Source: Promethearchaeota archaeon (GTDB lineage Archaea > Asgardarchaeota > Lokiarchaeia > Sigyniarchaeales > SOKP01). From it: DNA of 15,640 bases. The notes under the pieces are model-generated. The model saw only the letters and a program-made list of their open reading frames with translations. It made no database searches and was not told the DNA's origin. The first letter of the stretch is position 1, and each line of letters opens with the position of its first letter. The stretch covers positions 64,108 through 79,747 of the forward strand of contig JBHLOC010000024.1 in the NCBI GenBank assembly GCA_048940925.1, given 5' to 3'. The position numbers were made by a program, and so were the translations under genes. This document shows positions 1 through 7,665 of this stretch, piece after piece.

Positions 1-339
1 AGAATTATTTGAATTGTAATTAAAACTAAAAATAATTACTACTACATTAAAATAATAAATTTTATGAAGATTATATAGGAATAATAGAAATCAAAAGCAT
101 ATAATCATCTTTTTTACTTTTGAGAATCTCTAGAATTTATTAAAAAAAGGTTAAATATAAATAAATATAAAAAGAAAAAGTTTTGGGTAATATTGAAAAA
201 CTAATTTATAATTGATAGTAATCTGTATAATAATGATATCTTCTTTTTTTCATTGTTCTATTATTAATTGCAGGATAAATGAATTAATTTCTAATTTATA
301 TAAATATGATAATTAATTATTTAGATTAAACGGTCCCTG

Positions 340-1218
340 GTGTTATATATTACTGAAGATCCGAAATTAACTAAAGAAATGATAAGATATGAAAAAGAAA
401 CGGGAAAGAAAGCTATATGGCGTGGATCGATAACTGAGGGATTTAAAAAATGGCAAAGAGGGGAAAAGATTTATGATTTAGATAGAAAAGGGATAACAAT
501 TATGGTCCCTGAAGATATTAAAACTAATTGGGAAAACTTTGCTAACGAAAATGATTTTAGTACTATTTCTAAGCTAATTAGAAAGGCAGTTAATTTCTAT
601 ATAAATTTTAAATCAAAAGGATCTTATTCCAGGGAAATGTCTGAAATTTCTTCAGAACTAAAAAGACCACTTACTTCAATTAAAGGATTTTCACAATTAT
701 TAATCGATAAACATAAAGATGAGTTTAGTTGGGAAGCTTTATTGAAAATCAAAGAAATTATAGATAATAGTTTAATACTTGAAAATAAGATTAAAACTAT
801 CTTAGAACATCGTCCTGCCAATAAAAAAGAGTATGAAATATTAATTGTAGATGATGATGAATCAACAATTAACCTGCTACTCAATTTTTTTGAAGGTAAG
901 GGTTATAAATGTAAAGAATCATATTTGGGAACTGATGCACTTGAATTTTTAAATAAACATATTCCTAAATTGATATTACTAGATATTCTTCTTCCTGATT
1001 TGAATGGTTACGAGATTTGTAAAACCTTGAAATTTAATAAAGAATATGGAAAATTTAATGATATACCTATTTTTTATATAACTGCTGTTCCCGAAGTTGA
1101 GGTTGTTATGAAGTTGAAAGAAACGGGTGCTAATGGTTACTTTTTAAAACCTTTTGATTTTAGAGAGTTTAATATTTTGTTTGAATATCTTCAAGTAAAA
1201 AATGATGATAAAAAGTAA
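340..1218 (+). CDS. Response regulator with N-terminal ETGKxAIWxG motif, RHH DNA-binding domain, degenerate DHp (HisKA-like) helix and C-terminal REC domain (copy 1)
   Basis: RHH pattern RKGITIMVPEDIKTNWENFANENDFSTISKLIRKAVNFYI. H-box-like ISSELKRPLTSIKGF has Ser in place of His. REC motifs are intact: ILIVDDD, LILLDILLPDLNGYEIC, YITA, FLKPF. Start is uncertain (GTG 340, ATT 349 or ATG 379). Confidence 0.9.
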   Translation: MLYITEDPKLTKEMIRYEKETGKKAIWRGSITEGFKKWQRGEKIYDLDRKGITIMVPEDIKTNWENFANENDFSTISKLIRKAVNFYINFKSKGSYSREMSEISSELKRPLTSIKGFSQLLIDKHKDEFSWEALLKIKEIIDNSLILENKIKTILEHRPANKKEYEILIVDDDESTINLLLNFFEGKGYKCKESYLGTDALEFLNKHIPKLILLDILLPDLNGYEICKTLKFNKEYGKFNDIPIFYITAVPEVEVVMKLKETGANGYFLKPFDFREFNILFEYLQVKNDDKK

Positions 1219-1256
1219 TTGAGTAATTAATTTGACTCATTACAAGTTGAGAATTT

Positions 1257-3185
1257 TTAGTTTCTATTTAGTCGGATAGTAAATTTACTCCCTTTACCCC
1301 TTCCTTTAGATTTTACTATAATTTTACCATTATGTAGTTTAACAATTTCTTTTGAAATGTATAAGCCTAGACCAGGCCCTTCCATATCGATATTCAAATT
1401 TTTTCCATACCTTTCAACCTTACCGAATTTCTTAAATAAAAATTGTATCTCCCTTTTTGTTAATCCTACGCCATCATCTTTAATAATGATATCTACATAC
1501 CTAGGATGTTCAAAAGTCTTAATATAAACACTACCATTAGGATAAGTATTTTTAATAGCATTTGATAGTATATTAGATATTACATTGCTTATTTTTAATT
1601 TATCTACATCTAAATATAATTTTTTGATAAGTTCAACATTTATGAAGATTTTACGTTTATTAGCAATAAAAATTAAATCATCAACACAATTTTTAATAAT
1701 TGGAATTAAATTTTCTCTTTTAAAATTTAGGATAAGTTGGTTTGATTCTATACTATAAGTAATTAGTAGATTATCAACTATATTTTTTAATCGATATCCA
1801 CCCTCATGAATAAATTTAAGAACATATTGAAAATTTTCATTCAGTTGATTCTTGTATTTATCTAATAAATATTGAGAGCCACTAAAAATTGAAATTAAGG
1901 GTGTTTTTAATTCATGTGAAATCCTTCTTATTAAATCACTCCTGATCTGTTCAAGCTCTTTTAATTTTTCAATTTCTCTTTTCATCATCTTTTCAATTTT
2001 TCTTTTCTCAGTTATGTCGCTAATAAGGGCAAAGATTTTTAATTTGTTATCGATTTCTGCCAGACTGCCTTTTACAGATATTGGAACATAATATCCTTTT
2101 TTATGTAATAATCTTAACTCCAAAGAAAATTTATCTCCAGCTTCAGGAGCATTATTAATTAATTTCATATCCCCCAGTTTATCTTGTGGATGTAAAAGTT
2201 TACTAAAATTTAATCCAGTTAATTCTTTTGGGTGATATCCAATTATATCATAAATTTGATGACTTATGTAAATAATTGTACCATCTATATTACTTTCCAC
2301 CAAAACATCTGAAATATTGGTTATTATATTTTTGATTTTCTCCTCAGACTCTCTTAATTGTATTTGGGCTTTAAGACGTTCTGAAATATCACGAATATAT
2401 TCAATTACTCCTTTAATTTCACCAGTATCGTGATCTAGAAGTGGAAAAGTGTAAACGTCTAACATACCTATAATTTTTCCATCACGATTCCTTCTCTCTA
2501 TAATATTGGAAGATGATTTACATTTTTTTATTACTTCTTGGCAAGTACAATCTTCGCATGGTTGTAATTTATTAAAAAATACATTATAACATTTTTTACT
2601 TAAAATAGGTTTCATATGTGGATACCACTTAGCTATAGTAGGATTCGCACGGACAATATTATAATCCTTATCAATGATCAAAATGCCATCTTGAATACTT
2701 TTAAAAGTATTAGAAAGTAATTTTTCTCTGTATCGAAGTTCTTCTTCTGTTTGAATTTTATCTGTTTTATCCTGTAAAAAAGATAGAATATAATTTTTCT
2801 CTTTAACTTTTATATGATTGGCATTTACAAATATGGTTTTTATTTTACCATTCTTGGTTTTATACTTAGTTTCAAAAGAGTCATGACCTTTCTTAATAAT
2901 CTTCAAGATATGAGCTTTATATTCCTCAGAATTTTCTGTAATGTCAAAATCTGGTATTATTAACTTTTTAAATTCCTCAGGAGTATAACCAAGAGTTTCA
3001 TTCATTTTACTGTTAAAATCAATAATCTTACCTGTTTCAGTATCAATAAGAATGATTGAATGCGGTGATTGCTCAAATAATGTCTTATATTTTTTTTCAG
3101 ACTCTTTTAATTTACTTTCTATTCGTTGCAATTCTACATGCATACCTGCTCCCCTTTTTTTTAATGCATGCTCTTCATGCTTCAT
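1257..3185 (-). CDS. Cytoplasmic PAS-PAS-PAS sensor histidine kinase (copy 1)
   Basis: Three PAS domains, each preceded by an LKESEKKY-type linker. H-box ISHELKTPLISI, N-box NILSNAIKNT, G1 DDGVGL, F-box LFKKFG, G2 GPGLGLYIS, G3 GKGSKF. No TM segment. Confidence 0.95.
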   Translation of the reverse strand: MKHEEHALKKRGAGMHVELQRIESKLKESEKKYKTLFEQSPHSIILIDTETGKIIDFNSKMNETLGYTPEEFKKLIIPDFDITENSEEYKAHILKIIKKGHDSFETKYKTKNGKIKTIFVNANHIKVKEKNYILSFLQDKTDKIQTEEELRYREKLLSNTFKSIQDGILIIDKDYNIVRANPTIAKWYPHMKPILSKKCYNVFFNKLQPCEDCTCQEVIKKCKSSSNIIERRNRDGKIIGMLDVYTFPLLDHDTGEIKGVIEYIRDISERLKAQIQLRESEEKIKNIITNISDVLVESNIDGTIIYISHQIYDIIGYHPKELTGLNFSKLLHPQDKLGDMKLINNAPEAGDKFSLELRLLHKKGYYVPISVKGSLAEIDNKLKIFALISDITEKRKIEKMMKREIEKLKELEQIRSDLIRRISHELKTPLISIFSGSQYLLDKYKNQLNENFQYVLKFIHEGGYRLKNIVDNLLITYSIESNQLILNFKRENLIPIIKNCVDDLIFIANKRKIFINVELIKKLYLDVDKLKISNVISNILSNAIKNTYPNGSVYIKTFEHPRYVDIIIKDDGVGLTKREIQFLFKKFGKVERYGKNLNIDMEGPGLGLYISKEIVKLHNGKIIVKSKGRGKGSKFTIRLNRN

Positions 3186-3199
3186 TTTGGCTAATACAT

Positions 3200-3216
3200 T
3201 TATACATTTTTTAAGT
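3200..3216. repeat. 17-bp element TTATACATTTTTTAAGT upstream of kinase 1, identical to 7285-7301
   Basis: Direct comparison of the two kinase 5' flanks. An 8-bp tandem duplication (ATACATTT x2) sits next to this copy only. Confidence 0.8.
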
Positions 3217-3446
3217 GAATACTTCTCTTCCTTTATTAGAAAACCAATTATTATTTTCTTGTCCTGCTAAATCAAAAATTCCTAGATCATTATTGAATGT
3301 TGAATAAACACTTGAATTGACACCCCTAGATGGCTGTAAAGGATTTTGCAAAACTGAAATAGGACTAACATGGCTAAAAATACTTCTTTAATTGTTGTTT
3401 TTCCTACTCCTGGTGGTCCAGTAAATATAATTTTTTTTCTATTCAA
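3211..3446 (-). pseudogene. Frameshifted, 3'-truncated small GTPase (Rag/Gtr1-like N-terminal half)
   Basis: Manual translation gives (TTG 3446) NRKKIIFTGPPGVGKTTIKEVF, then a frameshift at the A5 run 3376-3380, then FSHVSPISVLQNPLQPSRGVNSSVYSTFNNDLGIFDLAGQENNNWFSNKGREVFT*. G1 (GxxGxGKT), G2-like (PSRG) and G3 (DxAGQE) are present. G4 and G5 are absent. Confidence 0.85.
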
Positions 3447-3510
3447 ATTTAAATTCTGAATTTATGATTAAATTATCCTATATATTTTAAGGAATTTTTC
3501 ATGTATTTTT

Positions 3511-3723
3511 CTAGGTGTTTAAAGCATCTCTTAAAAGATTTCTAATAAATTGCTGTTCCAATTCAACTTTAACTGAAGTGTATATTGCTCTTGGACCTAG
3601 AGTATGATCATATTTACCAATGATTATAACAAAAGGATAGTCTTCTAAAATAGATTGAAAATTATTATAGGTATCGGAAATTATATTTTTTACAGTATCT
3701 TCTACTTGTTTCCTGTCAACCAT
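3511..3723 (-). pseudogene. Probable truncated longin/uDENN-like domain protein directly upstream of the GTPase remnant
   Basis: 70-aa ORF containing FVIIIGKYDHTLGPRAIY, resembling the first beta-hairpin of NPRL2/Afi1/uDENN-type longin domains (hydrophobic strand, F/Y-D/H, xxxGP). It is too short for a whole domain. Confidence 0.5.
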
Positions 3724-3956
3724 TTCTTCATTCCACTTTGCTTTTCTCTAATGTATACTATGAATAATTTTTTTAGAGGAATTTTTTTGAATATTAATTC
3801 TAGTAAGTCCCAAATATACACTATTCTTGATCCTTTTTCGTAAAAATAATAACAAAATTTATTTATTAATTTTTTTATTTTACTATTAAAAAATATTTTA
3901 GCACTAAAAAAAAAAGTTAGTACCTTTTTACATTAAAATAAAAAGGATAATAAGAT

Positions 3957-4251
3957 ATGTCAGAATCAGTTAAAACAATTATTAAATATTTTTCTGATCG
4001 GTTTTTAAATTTAGATTATTATTCAAGTTCGAATAAATTAAAAGAGATTGAAATTGTCAGATTACCCGATCTCATTCAGTTAGAAGATTATGGATTTGAA
4101 AATCTAATTGAAAAATTGTCTCTTAACAGAACCACCTTGAAAAATGCCTTAATAGCTTTTAGTTTTATCAACCACACCTAAAGGGCAAATTCTTTCAGAA
4201 TTAAAAGAAATGTTCATAAAACGTGGTTTGGCTAGTCGTTATGATTTATAA
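3957..4251 (+). pseudogene. Divergently oriented gene remnant of unknown function, probably with an internal deletion or frameshift
   Basis: The 74-aa ORF ends at 4181. An overlapping frame (4162-4251) reads VLSTTPKGQILSELKEMFIKRGLASRYDL*, which looks like a genuine protein C-terminus. Confidence 0.5.
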
Positions 4252-4359
4252 TAAATTTAACTGGCTCAATAAGCTAAATCTCACATAAGATATCTTAATA
4301 TTATTTTTACCATTTTTTATTATTAAAAATGTTTTTAACTTGATCTTCATAATTTTTAG

Positions 4360-4384
4360 ACTTAAATAGATCATACTTAAATAG
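4360..4384 (+). promoter_or_regulatory. Direct repeat ACTTAAATAG x2 (4360-4369, 4375-4384) upstream of regulator 2, a candidate operator
   Basis: Perfect 10-bp direct repeat with a 15-bp period, about 80-130 bp before the gene. The AT-rich background weakens its significance. Confidence 0.3.
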
Positions 4385-4493
4385 TTTTTAGTGTATAATT
4401 CAAATATTTAATAGAATAGATAAATTGAAAATGGGATTAATTATTTTTTATAGGTGATAATCAATACCAAATTCTGAAAAAAAAAATAACGAA

Positions 4494-5321
4494 ATGAAGC
4501 GATATGAAGAAGAAACAGGAAAACAAGCAATTTGGCAGGGTAAAGTTACAAAAGGTTTTTTAAGATGGAAAGAAGGTGAAAAAAATTATTACGCTAATAA
4601 AAAAAGAATTTCTGTTTATGTCTCAAGTGAAACTGAAAAAATATGGGAAAGATTTTTAAAGATACACAAATACTCTTCCTTTTCTAAACTTATACGAGAG
4701 AGTGTTAACTTTTACATTAATGAAAAATCGAAATTTGGTGGAAATTTAATCTCGGATTTAGCAGAAGAGAAATCATCGAATATGGTTCATATATTAAAGG
4801 AAAGATTAACTACAATTAAAGGATTTTTACAATTAGCACTTGAAAAATTTAGTGATATCTTAAATGATGAAATAAAATCAATTATTAATAATGTTTTAAA
4901 TGAGGCAAGACAATTAGAAAATAATTTTGTAATAAAATTAGAGGAAAAAGAAGTAAAACCTTCCCAATATGATGTTCTCCTTATTGAAGATGATCTATCC
5001 ACTGTAGATTTATTAAAAAATTATTTTGAAAGTAAAGGCTATAGTTTTAAAGGAGTTTTAACAGGAGTGAAAGGAGTTGAAGAATTAAGTAGGTCTACAC
5101 CAAAATTAATTTTAATTGACATCATTTTACCTGATATTAGTGGATATGACATATGTAAAGATATTAAATCTCACAAAACATTAAAAAACATACCTGTTTT
5201 CTATTTAACAGCAGTACCTGGTGATAAGGTAGAGAATCGGATGCAAGACACAATGGCAGATGGTTTTATTCTAAAACCTTTTGATTTACTTGATTTGGAA
5301 ATTTTATTTAAATATTTATAA
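4494..5321 (+). CDS. RHH-DHp-REC response regulator (copy 2, paralog of 340..1218)
   Basis: YEEETGKQAIWQGKVTKGFLRW motif; RHH KKRISVYVSSETEKIW...SSFSKLIRESVNFYI; H-box-like MVHILKERLTTIKGF; REC VLLIEDD, LILIDIILPD, YLTA, ILKPF. The frame is open upstream to ATA at 4464. Confidence 0.9.
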   Translation: MKRYEEETGKQAIWQGKVTKGFLRWKEGEKNYYANKKRISVYVSSETEKIWERFLKIHKYSSFSKLIRESVNFYINEKSKFGGNLISDLAEEKSSNMVHILKERLTTIKGFLQLALEKFSDILNDEIKSIINNVLNEARQLENNFVIKLEEKEVKPSQYDVLLIEDDLSTVDLLKNYFESKGYSFKGVLTGVKGVEELSRSTPKLILIDIILPDISGYDICKDIKSHKTLKNIPVFYLTAVPGDKVENRMQDTMADGFILKPFDLLDLEILFKYL

Positions 5322-5376
5322 ATTTAATAGCATTAGTTTAATAGTTCTAATTATTACAGGAAACTTTAATATTAGT

Positions 5377-7278
5377 TTAATGCTTTTTATATGGAAGTGA
5401 AAAAGAGCAAGTAGTACCTTTACCTCTTCCTTCTGATTCAATCCAAATATTTCCTCCATGGAGCTCTATTATCTCTTTTGAGAGATATAAGCCTAATCCA
5501 ATACCATCAGAAATTATATCCCACCCTTCTCCATATTTCTCAATCTTACCAAATGGTTTAAATAATTGTTCAATTTCATTTTGATTTAATCCTATTCCAT
5601 TATCTTTAATAGATGTTATTACAGAACTCTTCAAGATTACAACCTGAATTAATATATTTCCACCTTTAGGAGTATATTTTATCGAATTCAAGAGAAGATT
5701 CGTAATCAAATTATAAATTCGAGTCTTATCTATTTCTATGATTAATATATCAGGAATATTTAAGCTAATAGTGTGTTTTCTTAATCTAATCATCCCATCC
5801 AATTCTTCTATTCCTTTCTTAATCAAATCAGATAGATTTTCTCGAGTCCTTGCTAATTCTACTAAATGTTTATCTAATAGTGAACTTTCTATGAAATTAT
5901 TTATCAAAATTCTAAGCCTCTCCGCTCCATCTTTAATTCTTTTTAAAAAAGATAATATTGTATTATTAAGACTTTCACTATAATCTGTTAATATTAAATC
6001 GGTAAATCCTTTAATGGATATGAGAGGAGTTTTGAATTCATGGGAAAATCTTGTTATTAGATTGGATTTCATTTCTGCAATCTCTTTTTTTTCAGTTATA
6101 TCTTTTAGCCATAATCTTGATTTAAGTAAATTCCCTTGATAATCAAATTCATTTCTTACTAATCCTGACAACCATATTATTTTTCCTTCTTTGTTCAATA
6201 GTTTAAATTCAATATTTTGTTCTCCATGGAAGTCTCTAATTTTTTTTAGATCTTTAGAAAATATAACTTTATAAAAAATATTTTCATCATTCAATTGTTC
6301 TTTTGAATAGCCAATAATATTCAGTAACCTAGGATTAATGTAAATAATTCCTCCTTTTACGAAGTCAATCTCCATTAAACCCATTGAAGATGTTTCAATA
6401 AGATTCCGATATTTTTGTTCAGATGCTCTTAATTTCTTTTCCATCATTTTCTTTTCAGTAATATCAACGACTATTCCTCTTACGCCTTCCCTTTTTTTTA
6501 TATTATCATAAAAGTATTGATTTAATTCAAGAATCCATTTAATTTCTCCATTTTTAGTGCTAATTCGATACTCTCTCTTACCTTTTTGGATATTAGGATC
6601 GTTATGAAACTTTTTTATATCTTTTCTTACTTTAGGTAAATCCTCTTGGTGAATTAAATCACCCCAATTTATATTTCCTGAAATAAAGTCATATTCAGAA
6701 TATCCTGTAATTTCCTCTACAGCACCTTGGAAGAAAGCAGCAGAAAAATCAGCGTAGCCTTGAAATGCAATCCCCTGAAAATTTTGTATCAATGCACGAT
6801 ATTTCTCTTCAGATTCTTTTAATTCCTGCTCAGCTTTCTTTCTATCTGTGATATCTCGTACTAATCCTCTAAAACCAATTATTTTTCCATTGGAATCATA
6901 TCTTAAATAAACAGAAGATTCAACAAATAATTTTTCTCCACTCTTCTTAATAACTTCATGATCAAATAAGTGCGATCCTTCTCCTGCTTTATATAGATTG
7001 TTAAATACAGTAAATACTTTCTTTTTAGTCTTTTCATCATATAATTGACTATAATGCATATTCAGTAATTCTTTTCTTGTGTACCCAATATATTTGGGTA
7101 AAGCACTATTGAAAAATGTGAAATTTCCCTTAATATCCACTTCATAATATAATTCATTGATGTGTTCGAGTATACTCTTATATTTTTCTTCAGATTCTTT
7201 TAGTTTTCTTTCTATTCGTTGCAATTCTACATTCATTTTTGCTTCCCTTTTTACTAATATATGTTCTTTATGTTTCAT
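5377..7278 (-). CDS. Cytoplasmic PAS-PAS-PAS sensor histidine kinase (copy 2)
   Basis: PAS domains end in RDITDRK, VDITEKK and KDITEKK. H-box FSHEFKTPLISIKGF, N-box NLLLNSIKYT, DNGIGL, LFKPFG, GIGLGLYLS, GKGTTC. Confidence 0.95.
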   Translation of the reverse strand: MKHKEHILVKREAKMNVELQRIERKLKESEEKYKSILEHINELYYEVDIKGNFTFFNSALPKYIGYTRKELLNMHYSQLYDEKTKKKVFTVFNNLYKAGEGSHLFDHEVIKKSGEKLFVESSVYLRYDSNGKIIGFRGLVRDITDRKKAEQELKESEEKYRALIQNFQGIAFQGYADFSAAFFQGAVEEITGYSEYDFISGNINWGDLIHQEDLPKVRKDIKKFHNDPNIQKGKREYRISTKNGEIKWILELNQYFYDNIKKREGVRGIVVDITEKKMMEKKLRASEQKYRNLIETSSMGLMEIDFVKGGIIYINPRLLNIIGYSKEQLNDENIFYKVIFSKDLKKIRDFHGEQNIEFKLLNKEGKIIWLSGLVRNEFDYQGNLLKSRLWLKDITEKKEIAEMKSNLITRFSHEFKTPLISIKGFTDLILTDYSESLNNTILSFLKRIKDGAERLRILINNFIESSLLDKHLVELARTRENLSDLIKKGIEELDGMIRLRKHTISLNIPDILIIEIDKTRIYNLITNLLLNSIKYTPKGGNILIQVVILKSSVITSIKDNGIGLNQNEIEQLFKPFGKIEKYGEGWDIISDGIGLGLYLSKEIIELHGGNIWIESEGRGKGTTCSFSLPYKKH

Positions 7279-7281
7279 TTT

Positions 7282-7302
7282 AACTTATACATTTTTTAAG
7301 TT
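7282..7302. promoter_or_regulatory. Inverted repeat AACTTA-N9-TAAGTT overlapping the 17-bp element shared by both kinase 5' flanks
   Basis: AACTTA at 7282-7287 and TAAGTT at 7297-7302, 3 bp from the kinase ATG. The equivalent site before kinase 1 is CATTTA-N9-TAAGTG. Confidence 0.45.
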
Positions 7303-7665
7303 GGATTATATTGAATTGTTAAATGAGCAAACAGCAATTTGTGATTTAAGTTGGATTTTATGCAAAAATTAAATTAACTTAATTAAACACCCTTACCCTT
7401 TTTGATAATGTAATGACTTAGAAAATATTATTAAATAAAAAACAAAAAAGTAGAAAATAGAAATAATATTTAATCTTTTGCATAATATTTTTAATCTGAA
7501 AAATAGTGCATTTAGTATATTTATTGGTTAAAAAAAGATTAATTAACTTTTATATATGTTTAAAAAATTTTAAACTATCAATCCTCATCGTATCATGTTT
7601 AAATCCATAAGAAAAAGAATTGCAATTCAACTTTTTTAAATTATTTTAAATGATTTAAATTTTTA

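Noticed and set aside
1215-1243. Imperfect hairpin GTAATTGAGT...ACTCATTAC between convergent regulator 1 and kinase 1
   Set aside because: Weak AT-rich stem with no equivalent in the second cassette, so it cannot be called a terminator.
3655-3843. 62-aa hydrophobic ORF
   Set aside because: Overlaps the more protein-like 3511..3723 ORF on the other strand and runs into AT-rich spacer. Its hydrophobicity is a composition artefact.
624-5002. Antisense ORFs 624..884 and 4787..5002 at equivalent positions in both regulators
   Set aside because: Ser/Ile/Phe-rich shadow frames of real genes. Their recurrence follows from paralogy and codon usage.
3052-7372. Similar plus-strand ORFs 3052..3270 and 7157..7372, and ORF 5738..5983
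   Set aside because: Antisense to the kinases. The similarity only mirrors the shared kinase leader.
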